A stretch of DNA of 64,000 bases from an uncultured delta proteobacterium (GTDB taxonomy: Bacteria > Myxococcota_A > Polyangia > Fen-1088): NCBI GenBank assembly GCA_963824555.1, contig CAWGPW010000043.1, positions 68,763-132,762 on the forward strand, given 5' to 3'. Made by a program: the position numbers and the translations under genes. The notes below the pieces were generated by a model. The model ran no database searches and had not been told where the DNA came from. It was given only the letters and a program-made list of their open reading frames with translations. Every line of letters begins with the position of its first letter. The first letter of the stretch is position 1. Below are positions 38,395 to 47,196 of the stretch, in pieces.

Positions 38395-40137
38395 ATGAGC
38401 GACGTCAATCTGATCATCAACGACCTGCCGGTGAGCGTTCCCGCCGGCTCGACGATTCTCGAAGCCGCGCAGGCGCTGAGCATCCGCATTCCTACCCTGT
38501 GCTACGACAAGCAGCTCACGGTGTCGGGCGCCTGCCGCCTGTGCGTGGTAGAGGTGGCCAATCCCACGGGCTCCACGCGGCTCGAGCCGTCATGCTCGTT
38601 TCCAGTGCAAGAAGGTATGCGGGTGCGGACCAACACGCGCGAGCTGCGCGATGCCCGCCGCACCATCATCGAGCTGATCCTGGCCAACCATCCGCGCGCT
38701 TGCCAGACCTGCATTCGCAACCAGCGCTGCAGTCTGCAGGATGCCTGTCGTGAATACGGCATCGACAAGATCCGCTACGAGGGCGAAAAGCGGCATCACG
38801 CCGTCGATGCTTCGTCGGTGGCCATCACGCGCCACCCGGACTACTGCATCCTGTGCGGTAAGTGCGTGAAAGTCTGCAAGGAAGTGCAGGGCGTGTACGC
38901 ACTGGATTTCGTCAACCGCGGCTTTTCGACCACGGTGCTGCCGCCCTTCGATCGCGACCTCGCCGACACGGTCTGCGTGTTGTGTGGGCAGTGCTTGCTC
39001 AAGTGTCCGGTCGCAGCCATCCGCGACAAGAGCTACATCAAGACGGTTGCCGATGCGCTGGAAGATCCGGACAAGATCGTCACCGTTCAAATCGCACCCT
39101 CGGTGCGGGCCACCGTTGGCGAGCTCTTCGGCCTTCCCCCGGGCGTGTCGTTGACCCGCAAACTGCCGACCGCGCTTCGCCGCGTCGGTTTCAAGTACAT
39201 CTTCGATACCGATTTCGGCGCCGACATGGCGGTCATGGAGGAAGGCCACGAGCTCGTGGCGCGCTTGCAGAAAGGCGGGCCGTATCCGCTCATCACCAGT
39301 TGCTCCCCGGGCTGGGTGAAGTTCATGGAGCACTTCTTCCCCGAGCTCATTCCGAACACGTCTTCGGTCAAGTCGCCGCAGCAGATTCTCGGCGTGCTGA
39401 CCAAGACGTTCTTCGCCGAGCGCAATGGCATTGACCGCAAGAAGCTCTTCAACGTCTCGATCATGCCGTGCTCGGCCAAGAAGTTCGAGATCCAGCGCCC
39501 CGAACACCGTCTGGACGACGGCACCCCCGAGGTGGACGCCGTCCTGACCACGCGCGAGCTCGGCGACTTGCTCAAGATGCACGACATCGACCTCCCGTCG
39601 CTGCCCGAGTCGGCCTTCGACCCCATCCTGGGCGAAACCACGGGCGCCGGTCTGATCTTCGGCGTGACCGGCGGTATGATGGAGGCCGCGCTGCGCACGG
39701 TGGCCGCGGTGATGGACCCCCATACCGAGCCGCGCATGGAGTACTCGGTCTTGCGCGGAACCGGGGGCATCAAGCGCGGCTCGGTGCTGATCGGCGAGCG
39801 CGAGATTAGGCTTTGCGCCGTGCACGGGCTGGCCAACGCGCGCAAAATCCTCGATGACCTTCGTGCGGGCCGCGAGGAAATCCACTTCCTGGAAGTCATG
39901 GCCTGTCCCGGCGGCTGCATCGGCGGCGGTGGTCAGCCCTTGCCCACCGACGAGGAAACCCGCCGCAGGCGCATCGAGGCCATGTACGCCGAGGATCGCG
40001 GCATGCCCATTCGGCAATCGCACAAGAACCCGGCCGTTCGCACGGTGTACGACGAGTTCCTGGGCGAGCCCTGCGGCGAGAAGGCGCACCACCTTCTGCA
40101 CACGCACTACGCCGCCCGCTCGCCACGCGGGTTCTAA
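38395..40137 (+). CDS. hydA: [FeFe]-hydrogenase catalytic subunit, second copy, also with L1 = TSCSPGW
   Basis: Good RBS (AGGAACGGAGAC). Motifs ITSCSPGW, IMPCSAKKFE, EVMACPGGCIGGGGQP. The last 257 bp are duplicated at 42173..42429. Confidence 0.85.
   Translation: MSDVNLIINDLPVSVPAGSTILEAAQALSIRIPTLCYDKQLTVSGACRLCVVEVANPTGSTRLEPSCSFPVQEGMRVRTNTRELRDARRTIIELILANHPRACQTCIRNQRCSLQDACREYGIDKIRYEGEKRHHAVDASSVAITRHPDYCILCGKCVKVCKEVQGVYALDFVNRGFSTTVLPPFDRDLADTVCVLCGQCLLKCPVAAIRDKSYIKTVADALEDPDKIVTVQIAPSVRATVGELFGLPPGVSLTRKLPTALRRVGFKYIFDTDFGADMAVMEEGHELVARLQKGGPYPLITSCSPGWVKFMEHFFPELIPNTSSVKSPQQILGVLTKTFFAERNGIDRKKLFNVSIMPCSAKKFEIQRPEHRLDDGTPEVDAVLTTRELGDLLKMHDIDLPSLPESAFDPILGETTGAGLIFGVTGGMMEAALRTVAAVMDPHTEPRMEYSVLRGTGGIKRGSVLIGEREIRLCAVHGLANARKILDDLRAGREEIHFLEVMACPGGCIGGGGQPLPTDEETRRRRIEAMYAEDRGMPIRQSHKNPAVRTVYDEFLGEPCGEKAHHLLHTHYAARSPRGF
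39881..40137 (+). repeat. Direct repeat copy 1 (native 3' end of hydA2, 257 bp)
   Basis: About 99% identical to 42173..42429. Differences: CAGCCC vs CAGCTC, stop TAA vs TAG. Confidence 0.8.
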
Positions 40138-40157
40138 CCCCGTATAGCTTCGGGGTT
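40136..40157 (+). terminator. Hairpin overlapping the hydA2 stop (AACCCCG-N8-CGGGGTT), possible intrinsic terminator without U-tract
   Basis: 7-bp GC-rich stem and 8-nt loop directly after TAA. Absent after the duplicated copy. Confidence 0.3.
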
Positions 40158-40267
40158 TGCAGGCATTCTTCTCGGCGCGCTCGCCGGCGGTTTTGCTGCG
40201 GCGATAATCGATGACTCCCTCCTGGCACTCGAGCCCATCCGCAAGGAGCCGTTCGTCAGTGTCGTCT

Positions 40268-41047
40268 TCATTCCAACCGCAAGAGGCGCGACGTTGGCTT
40301 TGGGCGGCCGGTTCTGATCCGTAAGAGCACACCGAGGCGCGATTGCTGCTTCTCGTCGGCAAGGCGCAGGATCGCCTGAGCCACCTTGGCCGGGTTGCCG
40401 CGCGCGCGGCTTGGGTCGCCGAAGGTCGAGCGGAGGACGACGCCCACGGTCGCCTCGTAGTCGGGCGTGATGGGACAGGCGAGCATCGACAGGCCGAACA
40501 TGTCGGTGCGCATGCCGCCCGGCTCGACGCAAGTGACGCGGATGCCGAGCGGGCCGACCTCGCGCGATAGCACCTCGCTGAAGCCGCCGACCGCCCACTT
40601 GGCCGACTGGTAGGCGCCCAGGCCTGGCGTGGCGCGCCGCCCGCCGATGGACGAGATCTGGATGATGTGGCCGTCGCGCTGGGCGTGCATCACGGGCAGC
40701 GCGGCGCGCGTGACATTGTAGACGCCGAAAAAGTTCGTCTCGATCTGGCGGCGGAAGTCGTCCTCGGACTGGTCCTCGATCGAGTCGGCGGCGATATGGC
40801 CTGCGTTGTTGACCAGGACGTCGAGTCGCCCGAAGGCGGAGAGTGCGACCGCCACCGCGGCGCGCGCCGCAGCCGGATCCGTGACGTCGAGCGGGGCGAT
40901 GCGCAGTCGGTCGCTCGGCAACAGAACGTCGAGGTCGCGCAAGTCGCGCGCGGTGGCGACGAGACGATGGCCGGCGGCGAGCACGGCCTGCGCGAGCTCG
41001 CGCCCTAGGCCGCGGGAGCACCCCGTGATGAGCCAGACTTTGCACAT
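40268..41047 (-). CDS. Short-chain dehydrogenase/reductase (SDR) family oxidoreductase
   Basis: TGCSRGLGRELA Rossmann motif, NNAG, catalytic YxxxK (YQSAKWAV). Confidence 0.8.
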   Translation of the reverse strand: MCKVWLITGCSRGLGRELAQAVLAAGHRLVATARDLRDLDVLLPSDRLRIAPLDVTDPAAARAAVAVALSAFGRLDVLVNNAGHIAADSIEDQSEDDFRRQIETNFFGVYNVTRAALPVMHAQRDGHIIQISSIGGRRATPGLGAYQSAKWAVGGFSEVLSREVGPLGIRVTCVEPGGMRTDMFGLSMLACPITPDYEATVGVVLRSTFGDPSRARGNPAKVAQAILRLADEKQQSRLGVLLRIRTGRPKPTSRLLRLE

Positions 41048-41227
41048 GATGACCTCCTCTGCTGTCAGCAGACCTCTGCTCTGTCACGCGGATCCTGCGA
41101 CAGCCAATGGATCGAATCCTGGCAAGCTGAGCTGACGTATCCGCCGCGTGGCCCGCGCTCGCAACGTCGTGGACCGTCTCGGCATCTCACCTAGAGCGCC
41201 GATCAGGAGGCGCACGATGGGAGTCGC

Positions 41228-42157
41228 ATGCGCGCAATCATGATCACGAAACAAGGTGGGCCCGAGGTTCTTGCTGTTCGCGACGTCCCCGTGCGAGCGG
41301 CCGGGCGTGGTGAGGTACGCATCTCGGTGAAGGCGGCGGCCGTGAATCCGACCGACATCGCGCTGCGAACGAACGCGGCGTACGCCAAGGGAACACCGGG
41401 CATTCCCGGAATGGACGCGGCCGGCGTCATCGAGTCCGTGGGAGAGGGGGTCGACCGGCTCAAGGTGGGGGACGAGGTGATGGCGGTAGTGAGCCCGCGG
41501 CGCCCCGAAGGGGGAGCCCAGATCGAGCTCCAAGTGGTGCCCGCGGCGTCGGTAGTGCCGATTCCAAGCGGCGCGACGCTGGCGCAGGCGTCGACGCTCC
41601 CAATGAACGGGCTGACCGCGCTGCTCGCACTCGACCTGCTCAAGCTGAAGACGGGGGAGACCCTAGCGGTGAGCGGCGGTGCCGGGCACCTGGGCTCTAT
41701 TGCTATCGTGCTTGCCAAGCAGCGGGGGCTGCGGGTGATCGCCGATGCGAAGACCTCCGAGACGGAGCTGGTGCGTAGCCATGGGGCGGATGTCGTCGTG
41801 GCGCGCGGGGAACGGTTTTGCGACGAGGTGCGTGCCGCAACGAAAGGAGGCGCCGATGCGCTGTTCGACACGGCACTCTTGGGGCGCGACTCCTTCCCCG
41901 CCATTCGCGACGGCGGCGCCTATGTGCCGGTACGCGGCTGGGACAAGACCCCGGCCGTGCGGGGAATCCGGATCCTCCCGGTCTTCGTCGCCGAGGCGCT
42001 CGAACGGACCGATTGGCTGAACGACCTGCGCGATCTGGCGTCGCGTGGGCTGATCAAGCTGCGTGTCGCGGAAGAATATTCCCCCGAGCGCGCCGCGGAC
42101 GCCCAGCGCGCAATGGAGGCGGGCGGACTGCGCGGCCGGGCGGTCATCGTTTTCTGA
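41228..42157 (+). CDS. Medium-chain dehydrogenase/reductase, NADPH:quinone oxidoreductase-like
   Basis: GEVRISVKAAAVNPTD..., GDEVMAV, SGGAGHLGSIAIVLAK cofactor motif. Confidence 0.75.
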   Translation: MRAIMITKQGGPEVLAVRDVPVRAAGRGEVRISVKAAAVNPTDIALRTNAAYAKGTPGIPGMDAAGVIESVGEGVDRLKVGDEVMAVVSPRRPEGGAQIELQVVPAASVVPIPSGATLAQASTLPMNGLTALLALDLLKLKTGETLAVSGGAGHLGSIAIVLAKQRGLRVIADAKTSETELVRSHGADVVVARGERFCDEVRAATKGGADALFDTALLGRDSFPAIRDGGAYVPVRGWDKTPAVRGIRILPVFVAEALERTDWLNDLRDLASRGLIKLRVAEEYSPERAADAQRAMEAGGLRGRAVIVF

Positions 42158-42172
42158 GGGGCTCCCCCAAAG

Positions 42173-42429
42173 TCCACTTCCTGGAAGTCATGGCCTGTCC
42201 CGGCGGCTGCATCGGCGGCGGTGGTCAGCTCTTGCCCACCGACGAGGAAACCCGCCGCAGGCGCATCGAGGCCATGTACGCCGAGGATCGCGGCATGCCC
42301 ATTCGGCAATCGCACAAGAACCCGGCCGTTCGCACGGTGTACGACGAGTTCCTGGGCGAGCCCTGCGGCGAGAAGGCGCACCACCTTCTGCACACGCACT
42401 ACGCCGCCCGCTCGCCACGCGGGTTCTAG
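42173..42429 (+). pseudogene. Orphan duplicate of the hydA2 3' end (last 85 codons, no start). Direct repeat copy 2.
   Basis: Encodes HFLEVMACPGGCIGGGGQLLPTDEETRRRRIEAMYAED...ARSPRGF, identical to the HydA2 C-terminus except P->L. Begins 16 nt after the MDR stop. Confidence 0.8.
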
Positions 42430-42500
42430 CCAGAGCTTGTCCGGAAATTGCGCGCCGCGCTCGCTCGCCATCGCGTGTGCTTCTTAGGACATATGCTATC

Positions 42501-42512
42501 ATTGATATCAAT
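42501..42512. promoter_or_regulatory. Perfect 12-bp palindrome ATTGATATCAAT immediately upstream of the RHH antitoxin start (likely autoregulatory operator)
   Basis: Ends 1 nt before the ATG at 42513. RHH antitoxins bind such inverted repeats. Confidence 0.45.
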
Positions 42513-42743
42513 ATGGCACAGCTCATCGTGAGAAACGTTCCCCAGCAGGTGGTTGCCCGCCTCAAGCAGCGGGCTGCAAGTCGCGGCCATTCAGCCGAAG
42601 CAGAGCATCGTGAGATCCTCAAGCAGGCGTTGCTCTCGTCGCAGGCGCCCTCGCTGAAGGCCATGCTGGCCGGGATTCCGGATGTGGGCCGCGATTCCGA
42701 CTTCGGGCGGCCGCGGCGCTTGGGTCGGCGAGTTGCGTTGTGA
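42513..42743 (+). CDS. Ribbon-helix-helix (FitA/Arc-like) antitoxin
   Basis: MAQLIVRNVPQQVVARLKQRAASRGHSAEAEHREIL is the RHH N-terminus typical of FitA-type antitoxins. Confidence 0.75.
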   Translation: MAQLIVRNVPQQVVARLKQRAASRGHSAEAEHREILKQALLSSQAPSLKAMLAGIPDVGRDSDFGRPRRLGRRVAL

Positions 42744-43168
42744 AGGGCTTTCTGATCGACACCAATGTCCTCTCCGAGCTTCGCAAAGGTGCGCGCGCCG
42801 ATGTGAATGTTCGGCGTTGGTTCGAGAGAATCGATGAGAGCTCGATCTTTCTCAGCGTTTTGGTCACGGGCGAGATTCGCCGCGGAATCGAGTCAATCCG
42901 GAAGCGCGATCCGCGCGCTGCCTCGGCGCTGGAACGCTGGCTCGACAACGTGCTGGAGGCGCATGCCGAGCGCGTCTTGCCGGTGGACGCCGTGACCGCT
43001 GACGAGTGGGGGAGGCTGGACGCTCGGGGGAGCTTGCCGGTTGTGGACGGGCTGCTGGCGGCGACGGCATGGGTACACGACTTGACCCTGGTCACGCGCA
43101 ACGTGAAGGATGTCATCCGCACCGGCGTCGACCTGCTCGACCCATTCATGTCCACAACTCAAGCGTAA
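42740..43168 (+). CDS. vapC: PIN-domain toxin VapC/FitB-like
   Basis: GFLIDTNVLSEL (first PIN acidic residue) ... LVTRNVKD. GTGA overlap with the antitoxin. Confidence 0.8.
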   Translation: MKGFLIDTNVLSELRKGARADVNVRRWFERIDESSIFLSVLVTGEIRRGIESIRKRDPRAASALERWLDNVLEAHAERVLPVDAVTADEWGRLDARGSLPVVDGLLAATAWVHDLTLVTRNVKDVIRTGVDLLDPFMSTTQA

Positions 43169-43207
43169 GGGAAGATAATCCTTCGCCTGGAAACAAAGGA
43201 CACTCAG

Positions 43208-44722
43208 ATGCACCGTGGTCGTAGAGAATGGTGGGTGACCGTCGCGCTGGGAGTCGTCCTGCTCAAGCCGATGGACGCCCGCGCGCAAAACCCGATCATC
43301 GACCAGGGTTCCGCCGATCCGTCGGTAAAAGTTTTCGGCGGTCGGGCGTATGTCTATGGCTCACACGACTTTTCCCCGAGCAACACGACCTGGATCATGA
43401 AGGACTGGAAGGTGTTTTCCAGTGCCGATCTCGTGACTTGGACCGACCATGGCGTGGTGCTCGACGACGACTCGCTTCCTTGGCGGGGTGTGACCGACAG
43501 AGACTTTGCGCCAGATGCCATCTTCTACAACGGCCAGTACTACTTCTACTTCCCGCTCGGCGACGGCACCATCGGCGTGGCCGCAGGTGCCTCGGCGGCG
43601 GGGCCGTTCACCGACATCCTCGGAAAAGCGCTGGTCGACAGCTCTACGGCGCCGATCTACAACATCGATCCGATGGCGATCCAGGACAGCGATGGGTCGC
43701 GCTATCTCATCTGGGGCAATGGCGGCTGCTACATTGCCCAACTGAACGACGACATGAAGTCGTTCAAGACCTCGCCTCAGAAGATTGTTATATCGGGGTC
43801 GGAAGGCTATACGGAAGGCCCATTTGCCTGGATGTACGGCGGCAAATACTATCTGCTGTATTCGAGATGCGGGTCGACCTGCCGTGACACTCTTGATTAT
43901 GGCGTCGCCAGCTCGCTCAAGGGCCCCTATACGTATAGGGGGACGATCATCGGACACTGCAAGTTTGGCAACGAGCATGGCAGCGTGTTTCAATTCAACG
44001 GTCAGTGGTACGTCGCCTACCATGATCTTTACCCCACCGACTTTTATCGCAAGACGAAGCTCGAGCTCATTCACTACACGAACGACGGCGACATTCCCAG
44101 GGTGTATCCGACCGACTACGGTGTGGGGCGCTACGATGGAAACAAGCCGATCGAGGCCGAGAACTACTTCGACAAATCGCCCGGCCTCGCTTACGAAGAC
44201 TGCAGCGACGCCGGAAACGGATTCGACGTCACCGCCATCACGAGCGACAGTTGGCTGAAGTTCCAGCAGGTCGATCTGGGGGCCGGAGCCGATTCGTTTC
44301 AGGCGCGCGTATCCGCAAGCTCGGGCGGAAGCGGCATCGAGATCCGCGTGGACAGCCTCGGCGGCATGCTGGTCGGAACGTGCGATGTCGCGGCTGGCGA
44401 CGAGACGTGGACGACGGTTGTCACCAGCCTCGATGGTACCGTCACGGGTATTCACGATGTCTTCCTCGTCTTCAAAGGGGGAACGGGAAATCTCCTCAAG
44501 CTGAACTGGATCCGCTTTACTTCATCGATCGATGGCGGCTTGGGGAGTGGTGTTTCTGGTGGCCTCGATGCCGATTCCAGTTGTGGCTCTGCGCCGAAGG
44601 CACCCGGTTGTTCGTGCAGCCTTGGTGGACATTCCGGACAGGCGTCGATCGGCGGTCGGCTGTGTATTCTGGGCGTGCTCGGGCTCATGCGGGCCAGGCA
44701 GAGGAAGCGCCCATTTCCTTGA
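43208..44722 (+). CDS. Secreted GH43 glycoside hydrolase (beta-xylosidase/arabinofuranosidase-like) + carbohydrate-binding module + MYXO-CTERM sorting tail
   Basis: Signal peptide. NPIIDQGSADPSV GH43 start block. CBM6-like region (IEAENYF...). C-terminal GCSCSLGG...hydrophobic...RARQRKR tail. Confidence 0.8.
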   Translation: MHRGRREWWVTVALGVVLLKPMDARAQNPIIDQGSADPSVKVFGGRAYVYGSHDFSPSNTTWIMKDWKVFSSADLVTWTDHGVVLDDDSLPWRGVTDRDFAPDAIFYNGQYYFYFPLGDGTIGVAAGASAAGPFTDILGKALVDSSTAPIYNIDPMAIQDSDGSRYLIWGNGGCYIAQLNDDMKSFKTSPQKIVISGSEGYTEGPFAWMYGGKYYLLYSRCGSTCRDTLDYGVASSLKGPYTYRGTIIGHCKFGNEHGSVFQFNGQWYVAYHDLYPTDFYRKTKLELIHYTNDGDIPRVYPTDYGVGRYDGNKPIEAENYFDKSPGLAYEDCSDAGNGFDVTAITSDSWLKFQQVDLGAGADSFQARVSASSGGSGIEIRVDSLGGMLVGTCDVAAGDETWTTVVTSLDGTVTGIHDVFLVFKGGTGNLLKLNWIRFTSSIDGGLGSGVSGGLDADSSCGSAPKAPGCSCSLGGHSGQASIGGRLCILGVLGLMRARQRKRPFP

Positions 44723-44782
44723 CCATCCCCTCCTGCACCCCGTGAATTGGCATCGGCGAGCGCGGCGCGGTACCATGTCCTG

Positions 44783-45379
44783 ATGCGGTCGTTGGCGGGG
44801 GCGGCGCTCATGGCGCTCATCGCGCTCGGGTCTAGAGACTCCGAGGCAGGGGAGCCCGAGCGCTCCGCGCCACGGTGCCTGACCCGCGTCCGCAAGCAAC
44901 TACCCGGCGAGACCATGGCGTCCTTCGTGAAAGGAGGCCACGTAGGGAGCAAGCACCTACTCTTCCGGCGCGGCGATGTGGTGCTGGTCATCGACTACGC
45001 GGTGCTCGAAGAAACCACGCAGGCTTTTCTCAAGCAGAAGGGGGCGGAAAAGTTTCCGGAGGAAGTGCGTCTCTTGCAGCGCTTTTCCCAGGCGTTCAAG
45101 AATCGCGACGAAGTCGACGCCGGCCCGCTTGTACAGAGCAGGCTCGAACAAGAGCGACTCGACTTTCGCCTGGCCGAAGTCTTCGACCAGGGGGCCTTCG
45201 TGATTCGCGACGCGCGAGGTACCTCGCAGAAGCCCATGGCGACCGCGCGGGCGGCGCCCGACATGATCCTTCGTCTCGACTACATCTATGAATGCGGCGA
45301 TCGGTGTGGAACGGGGGGGCGGGTCTTTCTCACGGATGGGTGCGAACAGTTGGTGGCGGTCACGGACTGGGTCCACTGA
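44783..45379 (+). CDS. Hypothetical secreted protein
   Basis: Signal peptide MRSLAGAALMALIALGS. No recognisable domain. Confidence 0.4.
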   Translation: MRSLAGAALMALIALGSRDSEAGEPERSAPRCLTRVRKQLPGETMASFVKGGHVGSKHLLFRRGDVVLVIDYAVLEETTQAFLKQKGAEKFPEEVRLLQRFSQAFKNRDEVDAGPLVQSRLEQERLDFRLAEVFDQGAFVIRDARGTSQKPMATARAAPDMILRLDYIYECGDRCGTGGRVFLTDGCEQLVAVTDWVH

Positions 45380-45431
45380 CGCCACGGCGTACACCCTGGC
45401 GCCGTGGCCTGGCCGCTGTATAAGGTCAGTT

Positions 45432-46013
45432 ATGACCACGTTCGCGCCAGCCCAAGTTGCCGCCGCCGCCGCCGCCCTTCGTCGTGGCGACATCGTGGCC
45501 TTTCCGACCGAGACCTACTATGGGCTTGCGGTGGACGCGCTCGACGGCGCGGCGCTTACTCGACTATTCGAGCTCAAGGGTCGGGACGGTGAGAAGGCGA
45601 GCGCCCTCTTGGTCGCCGATCTGGACATGTTCGCCGAGCTGTGCGCCGAGGTTCCGGCGCGGGCGCGCGAGCTCGTGGCCGCCCACTGGCCCGGACCCCT
45701 GACCCTTGCGCTGCCGGCGAAAGCGGACTTGCCTCCCGCCATCGTGCGCGACGGCTTCGTGGCCGCGCGCGTGTCCTCGCACTCCGTGGCGCATGCGCTC
45801 GTGACGGCGGTAGGTCGTCCTATCACTGCGACCAGCGCCAATCCGGCGGGAGCGGCCCCGCCCCGAACCGCGGCCGAGGTTCGCGCCTACTTCGGCGAGC
45901 AGGCACTTCACTTTCTCGACGCCGGTCCGACGCCCGGTGGGCAACCGAGCACGTTGGTTCGACTGCGCGGCGAGGACCTCGAGGTGTTGCGCAGGGGCGC
46001 GATCGCGCTCTGA
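45432..46013 (+). CDS. tsaC: L-threonylcarbamoyladenylate synthase (TsaC/YrdC domain)
   Basis: IVAFPTETYYGLAVDA...GPLTLALP are YrdC-family motifs. 193 aa. Confidence 0.75.
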   Translation: MTTFAPAQVAAAAAALRRGDIVAFPTETYYGLAVDALDGAALTRLFELKGRDGEKASALLVADLDMFAELCAEVPARARELVAAHWPGPLTLALPAKADLPPAIVRDGFVAARVSSHSVAHALVTAVGRPITATSANPAGAAPPRTAAEVRAYFGEQALHFLDAGPTPGGQPSTLVRLRGEDLEVLRRGAIAL

Positions 46014-46031
46014 CGGTCCCGCGGGCGACGT

Positions 46032-46331
46032 CTACTTCTTCGCCTTGGCCTCGTCCTTTGTCTTGCCGGCGTCCTTGGCTTCGACGGTGGCGGCGCTCAT
46101 GCGGTACTCGATGGTGACCTTTGCGCCGACTTTGAGGTCGCCTTTGACCTTGGTATCGGCGCCGCGGGCGATCTCCCACTTCTCTTTGCCCTTCTGGACC
46201 ACGATCACGTCGTCGCGCAGCTCGAGCACAGGGCCGGTGACCTGGTAGGTCTTGGTCGGGGCGGCGTTGGCTAGGCCGGCAAGCGAAAGCAGGCTGGCGG
46301 ACAGGAAAGCGAGGACAAGCAGCTTCTTCAT
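46032..46331 (-). CDS. Small secreted protein (hypothetical)
   Basis: MKKLLVLAFLSASLLSLAGLANA signal peptide. 99 aa, Lys-rich C-terminus. Confidence 0.5.
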   Translation of the reverse strand: MKKLLVLAFLSASLLSLAGLANAAPTKTYQVTGPVLELRDDVIVVQKGKEKWEIARGADTKVKGDLKVGAKVTIEYRMSAATVEAKDAGKTKDEAKAKK

Positions 46332-46536
46332 CGTCGTGTCTCCAAGTGTTGCGAAGGCCGAATTGGATAGCATCCTCGCGTGCTTCCCGCAAACCGAAGG
46401 CGTTTTGGATCGTTCACCACGGTGGTGCGTTGGAACCAATGCGTCTGTAAATATCATGTAATTACAAGTAGATACGATGTCGCGTCGCCGGGCATCGAAT
46501 CCTCGATTCGATATTTTCTATTTATATAAATTGTAT

Positions 46537-46565
46537 TTGACATTACTAGTTCTTGATATAATAAT
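46537..46565 (+). promoter_or_regulatory. Sigma70-consensus-like promoter (TTGACA-17-AATAAT) in an AT-rich island. Predicted TSS approximately at the ATG of 46572 (leaderless).
   Basis: Roughly 120-bp AT-rich island in a ~70% GC context. Near-consensus hexamers with 17-bp spacing. -10 ends 6 nt before the start codon. Confidence 0.4.
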
Positions 46566-46571
46566 AGAGTC

Positions 46572-47189
46572 ATGAAGCGCACACTGGTCATGGCCGCGAT
46601 GCTCGGGATGGCTGCCGCCACCGCGCCGGCCTCGGCGTACGCCCAGGACCAGAACGTGATCGAGGCGGCTCTCGCGGCCAAGCGCGCCGAGCGTTGGCCG
46701 GTGGTTGGCGTGATGGCCGATGTGGGACTGCCCGACGGCGCCATCGGCTCCTTGGTGGTCCGGCCATGGCAGTGGTTCAGGGTCTATGGCGGCGGGGGCA
46801 GCAACTCGGTCAGCAAGGGCTGGCGCGGCGGTTTCAGCTTGTTGCCCTTCGGCGCGGGTCCCTCGGTTTCTCTCGAATACGGCCACTATGCCGACGGCAA
46901 TGCCAACGGGCTGGTTCGTCGCATGGCGAGCGGCGAGCTCAAGGACAACCCCCTCCTGGACAAGGTCGGCTACGACTATGCCAACGCGCACGTCGGCCTC
47001 GATTTTGGCGGCAAGCACGCCATCTTCTTCGTTCACGGCGGCGTGTCCATGGTGTGGGCTCAGCTCCACAATCTGAACGATGCTCTCGGCAGCTCGGGAT
47101 CGAGCACGGTGGTGACGGTGAGCCAAGACCCGAAGGTCAAGGTCATGGGTTCATCGCTCAAGGTAGGGCTCATCATTTTCCTGATGTGA
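46572..47189 (+). CDS. Outer-membrane beta-barrel protein (OmpA-like barrel / opacity-porin family)
   Basis: Signal peptide ending ASAYA|QD. Alternating amphipathic strands. C-terminal ...VGLIIF-LM. Confidence 0.55.
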   Translation: MKRTLVMAAMLGMAAATAPASAYAQDQNVIEAALAAKRAERWPVVGVMADVGLPDGAIGSLVVRPWQWFRVYGGGGSNSVSKGWRGGFSLLPFGAGPSVSLEYGHYADGNANGLVRRMASGELKDNPLLDKVGYDYANAHVGLDFGGKHAIFFVHGGVSMVWAQLHNLNDALGSSGSSTVVTVSQDPKVKVMGSSLKVGLIIFLM

Positions 47190-47196
47190 GGCGGTC

